DNA of 64,000 nt, taken from the IMG/VR virus record IMGVR_UViG_3300037808_001018; one strand, written 5' to 3'. The position numbers and the translations under genes are program-made. The notes beneath the pieces were generated by a model that saw only the letters and a list, made by a program, of their open reading frames with translations, searched no databases and had not been told where the DNA came from. Below are positions 53,020-62,007 of the stretch, in pieces. The DNA is from a virus. Every line of letters starts with the position of its first letter. The stretch's first letter is position 1.

Positions 53020-53550
53020 TTAGGCTTTTTTGCGTGCCTTCTCATCGGCCACGCGTTTCTTGCCGTTTCTCAAGGCCAAGGCCCCACCTGCTACTGTGCC
53101 TACTAAACCACCTGCTACAGCCCTTCTTAGCATACGCCTGTCTGCCTTTAGCCTGATCCTTGCCTTATTGTGTGCGTCGGACGTGTCATACCCTTCAGGC
53201 ACTTTCGTTAACCCTTTTTTCTTTAATTGCTTATTCACAAACTTGCGTTCAGTCCTGGCCGCTGATCCTGCGCCGGCAACCGCCCCTGCAAGCGACCCGG
53301 CTGTAGTAACAGCCCCATCCTTAGCCGCGTCCCTTTTGCGATAGACCACGCCCGCGTTTTGTGCGCGTGTGGCGTTTATTCCTCCAACGGCTACTCCTGG
53401 GACTCCTCCCGTGAGATAACCTACACCAGCACCCCGTGCGAGATTGCCTCGGGGGGATTGACCTTTTTTATTCTTACGGGTGTATTCTCGGGATGATGCA
53501 GCAAAGTAAAACTCTGCTAACCCTTCTCTTTCAGCGTTTGTAATGTTCAT
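53020..53550 (-). CDS. basic family protein (Gly/Ala-zipper blocks plus Arg/Lys)
   Basis: 176 aa. Blocks are REGLAEFYF, GAGVGYLTGGVPGVAVGGI, AGSLAGAVAGAGSAARTERK and AVAGGLVGTVAGGALALRNGKKR. Confidence 0.5.
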   Translation of the reverse strand: MNITNAEREGLAEFYFAASSREYTRKNKKGQSPRGNLARGAGVGYLTGGVPGVAVGGINATRAQNAGVVYRKRDAAKDGAVTTAGSLAGAVAGAGSAARTERKFVNKQLKKKGLTKVPEGYDTSDAHNKARIRLKADRRMLRRAVAGGLVGTVAGGALALRNGKKRVADEKARKKA

Positions 53551-53552
53551 GG

Positions 53553-53783
53553 TTACTTGTTGTTGGGTTGTACGTTCGGCATGAACACGGCAACCTCGGG
53601 CTTAGGTTTGGGGACTTGACCAGTTGTCGCTGGTCCTGGCTTGTGACCGGGGGCGCAAGTAGGCTTCTCCCCATCAAAAGTAAACTTGCCGGGTGATTTC
53701 GATTTAATTACTCCGAAATACCAATAATCATCGCCCACGGCGTGATCCAACCAAACATGTGAAGGAACTGGAATGGAATACAT
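53553..53783 (-). CDS. hypothetical Pro-rich small protein
   Basis: 76-aa ORF. Confidence 0.4.
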   Translation of the reverse strand: MYSIPVPSHVWLDHAVGDDYWYFGVIKSKSPGKFTFDGEKPTCAPGHKPGPATTGQVPKPKPEVAVFMPNVQPNNK

Positions 53784-53809
53784 AGTTCCATTGACCAGTT
53801 GTCAATAAT

Positions 53810-54349
53810 ATGTCCATTCTCGCTCGCCTCGAAGAATCCTTGGCTACCCATATCAGTTCCAGACTTCCTGGCTTGAACGTTTACGCGGGTGAGTCTGATG
53901 GCTTTCGCACCTTGCCTTTTGCTGCCGTATTCGTTGACTCGGCCACCGAGATCCAAACGACGCTCGGAAACCGGATCAATGAAACCTATCGCGCCAAGGT
54001 CATTGTAGCCGTAGCCACTGATATCGACACGTCCGATCCAAGCGACATCGGTCAATTCACCTATGAAGTGAAATCCGCCATCACCTCGATTATGAACAAT
54101 GGGCAACACCTGGATTCAGAAACAGGGCTCATCATTCATGGGATGGGTATTCCACGTGTGGAAAAAGCGAACCATAGTCAGTCACGCGGATGCCTGATTC
54201 GGATCGATATGGGATGCGCTTATGCGGAACATGCAGCAAACACATCTTGCGCCGTCGAGGAAACAGATTCGAGTCCTTCCGCTGGCATCACTGATCGTGG
54301 CGGGGACTACCTAATTGACCGTCTGGGTAACTATGTCATCACCCGCTAA
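53810..54349 (+). CDS. tail completion / head-tail connector-like protein (DUF3168-like)
   Basis: 179 aa. The N-terminus MSILARLEESLATHISSRLPGLNVYAGE..LPFAAVFV resembles the DUF3168 pattern. Confidence 0.4.
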   Translation: MSILARLEESLATHISSRLPGLNVYAGESDGFRTLPFAAVFVDSATEIQTTLGNRINETYRAKVIVAVATDIDTSDPSDIGQFTYEVKSAITSIMNNGQHLDSETGLIIHGMGIPRVEKANHSQSRGCLIRIDMGCAYAEHAANTSCAVEETDSSPSAGITDRGGDYLIDRLGNYVITR

Positions 54350-54351
54350 TC

Positions 54352-57300
54352 ATGCCGAATACTCCAATCTACAATATTGAGGATACCTGGAACAACGAAA
54401 GCGCCGTCTTCGATGCTATCAAGATCAACGTTACCGACACGGCCAGTGATCCTCTTAGTAAACTCTTAGACCTTAAAGTAGGAGGCATTAGCCAGTTTAA
54501 GGTCGATAAGGCAGGCAACGTAACTGCTTCAGGCACAATCGCTGGCCTCGATCAAGTCGACAATGTTGCGGACTTGGACAAGCCGGTTTCGACCCTGCAA
54601 CAAGCGGCCATCGACGCGGCAGGCGGGGGAGCATTCGACGCAGACGCAGACACATTAATAACGCCATCGACGCCTATTGTATTAGACCAAGCTACTGGCG
54701 ATGAGGCAGCACTGACGCTAGATTACACGACCAATAAGGCGACGAGCGGCGATGATACCGGGTTACTAATTAACCAGACTGACACTAACAGTCCGGGCGC
54801 GAGCAAGTTGGTGGATTTGCAGGTGGGCGGGACGAGTAAGTTTAGCGTGGATACTACGGGGGCGGTAGTCGCTTCGTCCATTAATACCGGAGTAGGTAAC
54901 TACGATGGGTCTGTTTCCTCTTACAAGTTCAGTCAGCTAAACGGGAATTTCAGCTTCAAAGATTATCTGAAGGTCAAAAGGGGTCATGCCTTCGGGTGGA
55001 CTGATAACATAAATCTTGCACTTGATGCTTACCTAACGAGCGACGCGGCGAATACGATAAGCCAACGCAATGGCGTTAACGCGCAGACCTACAACATCTA
55101 TAACGCCTACACAAGTGCCACCAATTACGAGCGGGCGCATATCGGCTGGAATGATACCTCCAACGCCTTCGTCATTGGCACTGAGGAAGGGTCAGGGGGC
55201 GGGGTGGCTCGATCTCTGCTGTTGACGGGAAATAACGATGTTTTAATGGAGGTTAATAACAATACCGGGTCCATGGGGGGGATTCGGACGAACACGGGGG
55301 TGCAATTGATGACCTTTCGAGGGAACAAAACAGGCGTTATAGAGGGCTCGAACCTAACAATAAACTCACTGCCTACTTCAGATCCTTTAACAGCAGGGAA
55401 GCTTTGGAACGACGCAGGGACGCTTAAATTAGGCGGTAGTGGTAGTGGTGGTGGTGGTGGTGGTGCCTTCGCCGCTGACGCGAATACACAGATTACGCCA
55501 AGCACCGCAATCGTCTTAGATCAGGCCACGGGTAACGAGGCGGCACTGTCATTGGATTACACAACCAACAAGCTTACCAGCGGTGACGACACTGGGTTGC
55601 AGATCAATCTGACTGACACTAACAGTCCGGGCACGAGCAAGTTGATGGATTTGCAGGTGGGCGGGGTGAGTAAAGTGTCAGTAGACGCCAATGGACTCAC
55701 GATAAGTAGCGATGCCCCGGCCCCCCAATACGTCAACAAGTCTCTCTTGTCGCCAAGTAGAGTCGGGTATTCATTTGGGTTTTTTGACGGGTATCCATGC
55801 GTTACAGCATCATCTGGCTATGCGGCAACTGAATTTTATGAGGGGGTGAAAGTAAGGTCGGGGGACTCACTCGCCTTCAGTAGCAGCAATACTTCAGCAC
55901 ACGTTGGCTCCGACCTGCTCCTAACCCGATCAGCGGCAGCGACACTCCAGCTAGGCACCGACCACGCGACGACGCCAACCGGGCAGACGATCAAAGCTCA
56001 CGATGTGGCTACTGGAGCAGGCGCAGATTTAACGCTGTCAGGCGGGACTGGGTCAGTTGCGGATGGTGACGTTGTTATTGATGCTAACTTGGCCTCTATC
56101 CATGGGGACAATGAGTTGTTGAGATTGTCTCATATTGGGGCCGCCAACGATCAGGCAACTAGGGCATATGTTACCTATTACCGGGGCGCTGGCACAAACA
56201 GGATAGGGTATTCTGGGTTCAGCGGGTCAAACACATTCGAGATTGCCACAGACTACGCCGCTGGCAAATTCAGGCTAAGGACGGGCAACCAAGTGGAAGC
56301 GCTGCTTGTCGATTCAGCAGGGGATGCCACCTTTGCAAAAAGCGTCGGCATAGGAACGACACCGGATGCCAACGCTGCTCTCGATGTCGCGACTACCTGG
56401 AACAACGCAGCTACTACCTTTACAGGGATCAAGGCCGATGTCACCGACACCGCAAGTGCTGCGGGGAGCAAGCTGATGGATTTGCAGGTGGGCGGGGTCA
56501 GCCAGTTCAGCGTGTCGGATACGGGGAGTTTAAGGGTCGCGACTCAATCGCCGTCCTACTTGACTCCTAGCTTCGGCACCAATGATTACAACAGCGGGCT
56601 GGCGATATGGAGCAACGCTAAATTAACGGCTGTATGCAATGGCACTGGCGTCGCGACCTTTTCACAGTCCGCTAGCTATGGGCTGATGATCAAGGGCACT
56701 TTGCCGTTATCATGGGCTAACAACGATGTTAATGGCGCGTCTGACCTATTCCTAGTCCGAGAATCAGCGGCAACACTCCAACTCGGCCAGGACCACGCGA
56801 CCGTAGCAACCGGGCAGACGATTAAAGCTCACGATGTGGCTTCGGGGACAGGTGCAGATTTAACGCTGTCGGGCGGAACTGGATCAACCGTTGATGGCAA
56901 TGTGCGATTAGTAGCGGGTGGTAGTAGCTCAATCCACCTAGTTGCGGACGGTCTTGCACGACTGACAGTTGATAGAGATAGCATCCTTGCCCGGAAGCCG
57001 TTACGTTTCGCCACTGACAATACTCTCGATATTGGGACTGCCGGGTTTCGGCCTAGATCCGCCTATCTAGGCACCACGCTAGATGTCGCTCAAGGCACCC
57101 TCACTAATGATGCTCAAGCGCTCAACATCACCTCAACCTGGAATGATGCTGCTGATACATTTACGCTGATCAAGGCCGATGTCACCGACACCGCCAGTGC
57201 GGCGGGGAGCAATCTGATGGATTTGCAGGTGGGCGGGACGAGCAAGTTCAGCGTGGACCCGACTGGCACCATCACCATTGATCCCGGCACTAATAATACG

Positions 57301-59109
57301 TTGATCCAAACCTCATCGACAGCCGATCCCGTTATACGCGTAAGGACTGGAGGGTATGGGCACCTACTTTTCGGCATAGGGTCGAGTCCATGGAACTATA
57401 ACACTATAGGCTTCGATGTGGGGTTTAAGACCCATGCGAGCGGGAGCTTCCAATGGTCGTCCGCAAGCGTTGACTCTACTGCTGCAGGCGACCTATTCCT
57501 CACTCGCGACTCAGCTGCAACTCTCCAACTTGGCGAAGACCACGCAACCGTAGCGACCGGGCAAACGATCAAAGCTCATGATGTGGCTACCGGAACCGGC
57601 GCAGACCTGACGCTGTCAGGTGGAACTGGATCAGTTGCTAATGGCGACATTATCCTCAGCGGCAATGTCCGTGCCATGCCGACAGGGGCCGGGACGGATA
57701 ATAACTTCATCGGCTCAAATGCAGGATCGGGCAACAGTGGGAGCCAGAACGCCGGGTTTGGCTTTCAGTCGCTCCGTCTCAACACCGGGGATAACAACAC
57801 AGCGACCGGGTGGCTCTCACTAGATTCCAATACTGGGGATGGCAACACAGCAGACGGCACGCAAACGTTACGCTCTAACTCAGGTAATAACAACTCCGGG
57901 TTCGGTTACTATTCGCTCTATTTCAACACAGGATCTAATAATACCGCTTTCGGTTACCAGTCGCTCCAGAATAACACCGGAAATGACAACACCGCTAGCG
58001 GCTACCTGTCACTCCAGAACAATAGCGGGACTTACAACTCCGCTAGCGGCAACTATTCACTCAGGGGCAACACCGGGACTTACAACACCGCTAGCGGCAG
58101 CTTCTCACTCTATCAAAACACCGGAAATGAGAACACCGCTAGCGGCTACGATTCACTCCGGCAAAACACGGGGACTGGCAACACCGCCAGCGGCAACCAA
58201 TCGGGCACTTATCAGTCAGGCACCACCACTCCGCTGACAACAGCATCTAATTCGGTATTCCTCGGAGCAATTACTAAGGGTGTCCAGGGGGCAACCAATC
58301 AAATCGTTATCGGCGACACTGCCGAATCTATCGGAGCCAACACTGTTGTCCTAGGTAATGACTCTATTGTTACAACGGCTCTCAAGGGGACCGTGACTAC
58401 CGCTAATGTTGATTTTACTAACACTGCGGGCGCGGTATACGCGAAATGGGACGGCGCTTCTAGGGTCTTTTACGCAGGGGGCGACGCTTTCGCTGTGCGC
58501 ACCGACACCGCAGAAACTAGGATCAACAATACAGGGTCGTTCGGTTGGTCTAACTCCGTTGCTTCCAGCGGAAGCATGGATCTAATCCTGCGCAAAGCAG
58601 CAGCAGCAACACTCCAGCTAGGCACTGACCACGCAACCGTAGCGACCGGGCAAACGATCAAAGCCCATGACGTTGTCACAGGGACAGGCGCAGACCTGAC
58701 TCTGTCGGGCGGGACTGGATCAGTTGCGGATGGAAACATCATCCTTGACTGTGCCGATGTGATATTAAAAGGATCGGGCGCGGGGGCAGACGGGACGATT
58801 CGTCTTGGAAGCGGTGGCAACGCTTACCTATACTCGACGTCGGCAGGTGGGGCGTTGCGTTTCGGCGTTGGGGGCTCTACGCGGGGCGCGTGGACCACCA
58901 CAGGGTTAGGCATCGGAACGCCATCACCAAATGCCAACGCGGCTCTCGATGTCTCGTCGACAACCAAGGCGTTCTTACCTCCTCGGATGACGACGACCGA
59001 GAAGAACGCCGTAGCTTCACCCACTGCTGGCATGGTCGTATATGACTCAACGCTCAACAAGCTAGCTGTATATACAGGAGCGGCATGGGAAGCAATCACA
59101 AGCGCCTAA
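54352..59109 (+). CDS. giant modular fibre protein (1585 aa)
   Basis: Five copies of TDT(A/N)S..SKLMDLQVGG(V/T)SKFSVD and five copies of AATLQLG.DHATVATGQTIKAHDVATGTGADLTLSGGTGS. It also has eight to nine 16-residue NTA(S/F)GYxSLxxNTGxx repeats and a C-terminus FLPPRMTTTEKNAV..GMVVYDST.NKLAVYTGAAWEAI. Confidence 0.7.
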   Translation: MPNTPIYNIEDTWNNESAVFDAIKINVTDTASDPLSKLLDLKVGGISQFKVDKAGNVTASGTIAGLDQVDNVADLDKPVSTLQQAAIDAAGGGAFDADADTLITPSTPIVLDQATGDEAALTLDYTTNKATSGDDTGLLINQTDTNSPGASKLVDLQVGGTSKFSVDTTGAVVASSINTGVGNYDGSVSSYKFSQLNGNFSFKDYLKVKRGHAFGWTDNINLALDAYLTSDAANTISQRNGVNAQTYNIYNAYTSATNYERAHIGWNDTSNAFVIGTEEGSGGGVARSLLLTGNNDVLMEVNNNTGSMGGIRTNTGVQLMTFRGNKTGVIEGSNLTINSLPTSDPLTAGKLWNDAGTLKLGGSGSGGGGGGAFAADANTQITPSTAIVLDQATGNEAALSLDYTTNKLTSGDDTGLQINLTDTNSPGTSKLMDLQVGGVSKVSVDANGLTISSDAPAPQYVNKSLLSPSRVGYSFGFFDGYPCVTASSGYAATEFYEGVKVRSGDSLAFSSSNTSAHVGSDLLLTRSAAATLQLGTDHATTPTGQTIKAHDVATGAGADLTLSGGTGSVADGDVVIDANLASIHGDNELLRLSHIGAANDQATRAYVTYYRGAGTNRIGYSGFSGSNTFEIATDYAAGKFRLRTGNQVEALLVDSAGDATFAKSVGIGTTPDANAALDVATTWNNAATTFTGIKADVTDTASAAGSKLMDLQVGGVSQFSVSDTGSLRVATQSPSYLTPSFGTNDYNSGLAIWSNAKLTAVCNGTGVATFSQSASYGLMIKGTLPLSWANNDVNGASDLFLVRESAATLQLGQDHATVATGQTIKAHDVASGTGADLTLSGGTGSTVDGNVRLVAGGSSSIHLVADGLARLTVDRDSILARKPLRFATDNTLDIGTAGFRPRSAYLGTTLDVAQGTLTNDAQALNITSTWNDAADTFTLIKADVTDTASAAGSNLMDLQVGGTSKFSVDPTGTITIDPGTNNTLIQTSSTADPVIRVRTGGYGHLLFGIGSSPWNYNTIGFDVGFKTHASGSFQWSSASVDSTAAGDLFLTRDSAATLQLGEDHATVATGQTIKAHDVATGTGADLTLSGGTGSVANGDIILSGNVRAMPTGAGTDNNFIGSNAGSGNSGSQNAGFGFQSLRLNTGDNNTATGWLSLDSNTGDGNTADGTQTLRSNSGNNNSGFGYYSLYFNTGSNNTAFGYQSLQNNTGNDNTASGYLSLQNNSGTYNSASGNYSLRGNTGTYNTASGSFSLYQNTGNENTASGYDSLRQNTGTGNTASGNQSGTYQSGTTTPLTTASNSVFLGAITKGVQGATNQIVIGDTAESIGANTVVLGNDSIVTTALKGTVTTANVDFTNTAGAVYAKWDGASRVFYAGGDAFAVRTDTAETRINNTGSFGWSNSVASSGSMDLILRKAAAATLQLGTDHATVATGQTIKAHDVVTGTGADLTLSGGTGSVADGNIILDCADVILKGSGAGADGTIRLGSGGNAYLYSTSAGGALRFGVGGSTRGAWTTTGLGIGTPSPNANAALDVSSTTKAFLPPRMTTTEKNAVASPTAGMVVYDSTLNKLAVYTGAAWEAITSA

Positions 59110-59139
59110 TAATCTCATAACCTATACCACAACAACACC

Positions 59140-59223
59140 ATGCCTAAGCCAATTACTCTCACACCAGCAGCTCCAGCGGATCTAGAACAAACGAACAAAC
59201 GAACAAACACAATAACACAATAA
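59140..59223 (+). other. 27-codon upstream ORF duplicating the first 12 codons of the next gene
   Basis: ATGCCTAAGCCAATTACTCTCACACCAGCAGCTCCAGCG compares with ATGCCTACAGCAATTACTCTCACCCCAGCAGCTCCAGCA at 59228. The uORF ends in a gaacaaac x3 / acacaata x2 repeat. Confidence 0.5.
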
Positions 59224-59227
59224 CACA

Positions 59228-59593
59228 ATGCCTACAGCAATTACTCTCACCCCAGCAGCTCCAGCAGCCCCAGAACTAACAACAGCAGAACGGGACGCGC
59301 AACGCGTTGTCGTTGATTCAGACCTAGCGCTTGTGCGCCTTGCAGACTCCATCAAAAAGGGCTTTGAGGCCGTTTGGGGGAACCCTGAAACACCTCGGTC
59401 AAAAGAAGACGCGCAAGCCATCATAGACGCCTTAGGAGAAGACCGGGCTGGGTTGTTTGCTCGACACGCAGCTATCGTGGCCATGCTCGCTTCCGGGGGC
59501 CTAGCAACGTTCGAGCCGTGGGAACTGGTCCCCGCTTACCCTATCGATGAGAGTGGACAGCTCGGGGATTTGGCTCCAGAATGGTCTGAGTAA
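59228..59593 (+). CDS. hypothetical protein
   Basis: 121-aa ORF downstream of the fibre gene, with a CA-rich leader. Confidence 0.5.
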   Translation: MPTAITLTPAAPAAPELTTAERDAQRVVVDSDLALVRLADSIKKGFEAVWGNPETPRSKEDAQAIIDALGEDRAGLFARHAAIVAMLASGGLATFEPWELVPAYPIDESGQLGDLAPEWSE

Positions 59594-59627
59594 CAACCGT
59601 TGGATAAAAATAAAAATACAAACACAA

Positions 59628-59804
59628 ATGAGTAGCCTAAAGGAAGAAAATAAGACTGACGAAATCGCTTTAAATTTAACCACTGAAAACCTGAATTTTT
59701 TGATGGCCGGTTTAAATGCTCTAACGAAAGCCGGAATGGGCTTAAGCGATACGGCTACAGTGGTAGCCCTCGCCAACAAACTTAGCGAGGCGGCTAAAAG
59801 CTAA
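59628..59804 (+). CDS. hypothetical 58-aa protein
   Basis: The ATG at 59628 is preceded by aaaaatacaaacacaaATG. Sequence begins MSSLKEENKTDEIALNLTTENLNFLMAGLNALTKAG. Confidence 0.4.
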   Translation: MSSLKEENKTDEIALNLTTENLNFLMAGLNALTKAGMGLSDTATVVALANKLSEAAKS

Positions 59805-60037
59805 CGCATCGCTTCACGTAAAACTCTCCTCGCACCATCAATGGCCGCTTCAGTTTCTTGCTGGCGGCCATTGTCTGGTTCTAGACCTGTCACTTTTTCG
59901 AAGGTTGTTCGTGAATGCCTTCCTTCCGTGTGTATTTTGGGGTTCGTTCTCTTAAGGTCAGCAACCGCATCCTCAATTTTCTTGATGCTCGCCTCTACCG
60001 TTTTCATGTCTATCTTGAGCGAAAATGGCTTACCCAT
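59801..60037 (-). CDS. short head-tail region protein (HK97 gp10-like N-terminus?)
   Basis: ATG at 60035-60037 (MGKPFSLKIDMKTVEASIKKIEDAVADLKR), 1 nt after the upstream stop. The longer ORF version overlaps 60039..60371. Confidence 0.35.
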   Translation of the reverse strand: MGKPFSLKIDMKTVEASIKKIEDAVADLKRTNPKIHTEGRHSRTTFEKVTGLEPDNGRQQETEAAIDGARRVLREAMR

Positions 60038-60038
60038 A

Positions 60039-60371
60039 TTAGAAAAGTCTTTCCCGGCGTGGGTTCTCCGCACTAATATTAAGACGAATCCCCGCGCCGC
60101 CAAGATAAGTGATCGAAACCACGCGTCCACGGATGCCTTGCCATTGGCAAATAGTCCCTTTGGCAGGCGTGCAGATTGCCTGAGTAGCGGCACTCATGTG
60201 GATTTGATAAGACGCCAATGATGTCTTGCCGCCAACCACAAGTTCATTGGTTTGCTCGACTGGATCCACCACGGCTTGGACTTCAAAGTTGCCCACAATC
60301 ACGGGTTCCGCCATGATGTTGTCCAGCGACTCCAGGTCGGCGGACCATGCGTTGTCGAATATGCTAGGCAA
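60039..60371 (-). CDS. head-tail adaptor-like protein
   Basis: 110 aa. The call rests on its position after the capsid genes and its beta-rich sequence. Confidence 0.4.
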   Translation of the reverse strand: MPSIFDNAWSADLESLDNIMAEPVIVGNFEVQAVVDPVEQTNELVVGGKTSLASYQIHMSAATQAICTPAKGTICQWQGIRGRVVSITYLGGAGIRLNISAENPRRERLF

Positions 60372-60927
60372 ACCTATTCTCCCGATATTCTACATTAGCA
60401 CGTTTGGCGCGTTCGTTCCTTCGCTTCTTGTCGACCATATTGCCCGTTGAAGCACCTACTAGCCCAGCAGTGGCCAATCCAGCCTTTCCAATCTTTCCTT
60501 TCTTGAGCCGTTGGCGTAAGAGTAATGCGGCTGCGGTAGCTGAAACACCACCACTGATCGCACCTGCGTTTCGTTTCGCCGATGCCTTCGCTCCTTTCTC
60601 CTTGCGCAACGAAATCGATGTGCCGACCCTTTGCCCCCGATATTTATGTTCCCCTGCTAAAACCACTCCTTGGTAACCGCCACCTTTAGCCGCTTTGCTT
60701 TTTCGGTATCGGTGCTCAGAAGTGTAAGCGCCCTTCGCCTCAAATTCCGTCTTGTTGTCATTCTTCAGCAACTTGAGCAGGCGTTTCCGTTTCTTGATCA
60801 GAACAGCGGCGATAGTCGCGCCTATCAAGGCTTCAGCCCGGCCTTTGCTCCGGTTGCGCTTGTCCCTTTCTTCAATCTCATTGGCGGAAATGACAGTCTG
60901 ATAATCCTTCTGAGGTAACCGGGCCAT
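60364..60927 (-). CDS. basic family protein
   Basis: 187 aa. Blocks are AEALIGATIAAVLIKKRKRLLK, GAISGGVSATAAALLLRQRLKKGK and AGLATAGLVGASTGNMVDKKRRNERAKR. Confidence 0.5.
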   Translation of the reverse strand: MARLPQKDYQTVISANEIEERDKRNRSKGRAEALIGATIAAVLIKKRKRLLKLLKNDNKTEFEAKGAYTSEHRYRKSKAAKGGGYQGVVLAGEHKYRGQRVGTSISLRKEKGAKASAKRNAGAISGGVSATAAALLLRQRLKKGKIGKAGLATAGLVGASTGNMVDKKRRNERAKRANVEYRENRFA

Positions 60928-60944
60928 AGTTATGTCTAAACGTC

Positions 60945-60978
60945 AAAAAGGCACCAGCCGTTAAGCTGGTGCCTTTTC
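60945..60978 (-). terminator. rho-independent terminator after the major capsid gene
   Basis: ggcaccagc (60950-58) pairs with gctggtgcc (60965-73) across a 6-nt loop. The stem is flanked by an A-run and a T-run, so a U-tract follows on either strand. Confidence 0.65.
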
Positions 60979-60994
60979 ATTAATTTACTATCAA

Positions 60995-61957
60995 TTAAGC
61001 GTAATTGGTGGAAAGCAACTCCACACTATCAGTATCCAGAATCTTTTCAATACTGTTCGTTCGCACTCGAAGGATCGTGCCGAGACGCTCCTTATCATAC
61101 CACGAATCCGTAGTGAAAATCCCCCCCGGTGAATCCGCTTTCCAACACAAAGTCCGGCCAACGCCGCCAGAAGCAAAGTCACCAGTCTCTACATTTGCTA
61201 GGGCAATATAGTCATTGGACCAAACGTTGTTCAGGCTAGCCGACTGGCCTTTGATGGCCGTATCGATGGTTGCAGCCGCGATCATCACGTTCTGGATTCG
61301 GAACGAGCCGCCAACATGTGACAACTCAATCTTACGGTTACCCGTTCCAGCGCCAGTTGGGCCGTATAGGTAGTTCTGCAATTTGGTGGTCCGTGAAATA
61401 CGGTTCCACACTGGTTGCGTCATGATAAGCGTGTTCGCCACAAGCGCCTTACGTTGGAGTCTCTCTTGAGCCTCTAGCAAGTCTTTGGCAAAATCAATCG
61501 TGCCGATGTTAACCTCAGTCAATGCCGTGGTCAATGCCGTGGTGTTGAAGGTGCTAGTATCCTGCACGATGTTCGCCACCCGTTGCTCGCGATTGAGTTG
61601 CATGTAACGATAAATCAATTTCGCTGTAATGCGCTCTTGAGAAAAGAATGAACTCATCTCCTTGGCAACGCCGTCGTCGATACGCTCAGTGATACCGCGC
61701 TCTTCGCACTGGTAGTTATCCCATTCGTGTTTCCGTGAGATTTCTGGGAAACTTCCAGTCACGCCGCGCAAGTCTGCGCCAGCTTTAAGGAGTTCGCCGG
61801 ACTCACGATAAAAACGTGGAAACCGTCCTGCACGCGCTGCCACTTTTTGGGCAGGCATGATCTTATCCGCGATGTAGAATTGATCCGCTTTACGAGACTC
61901 TTCCAGGTAGGAAGAAATCTCCCGGCGACTCACCGCTCCGTCTAAATTACTAGGCAT
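60995..61957 (-). CDS. major capsid protein (lambda gpE-like)
   Basis: 320 aa. Its position after protease/scaffold and decoration genes, and the strong terminator that follows, support the call. The sequence character is like the gpE family. Confidence 0.65.
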   Translation of the reverse strand: MPSNLDGAVSRREISSYLEESRKADQFYIADKIMPAQKVAARAGRFPRFYRESGELLKAGADLRGVTGSFPEISRKHEWDNYQCEERGITERIDDGVAKEMSSFFSQERITAKLIYRYMQLNREQRVANIVQDTSTFNTTALTTALTEVNIGTIDFAKDLLEAQERLQRKALVANTLIMTQPVWNRISRTTKLQNYLYGPTGAGTGNRKIELSHVGGSFRIQNVMIAAATIDTAIKGQSASLNNVWSNDYIALANVETGDFASGGVGRTLCWKADSPGGIFTTDSWYDKERLGTILRVRTNSIEKILDTDSVELLSTNYA

Positions 61958-62007
61958 AGTATTGTGTTATTGAAGTGTTATGCTTATATTGTAAGACTAG
62001 GTCCTAC

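Noticed and set aside
53708-54109. Minus-strand ORF of 133 aa overlapping the plus-strand connector-like gene
   Set aside because: It overlaps both 53553..53783 and 53810..54349, and it has an implausible sequence. The plus-strand ORF is coupled to the following fibre gene.
59182-59484. 100-aa minus-strand ORF opposite 59228..59593
   Set aside because: It sits inside the plus-strand block. The plus-strand ORF has a proper ATG with a CA-rich leader and a more protein-like sequence.
53784-59830. Switchable invertible segment (Gin/Cin-type) controlling the 1585-aa fibre
   Set aside because: The borders share only a 7-mer in inverted orientation. No serine invertase gene is present in or near the block. 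Only the static inversion or reverse-acquisition interpretation is kept.
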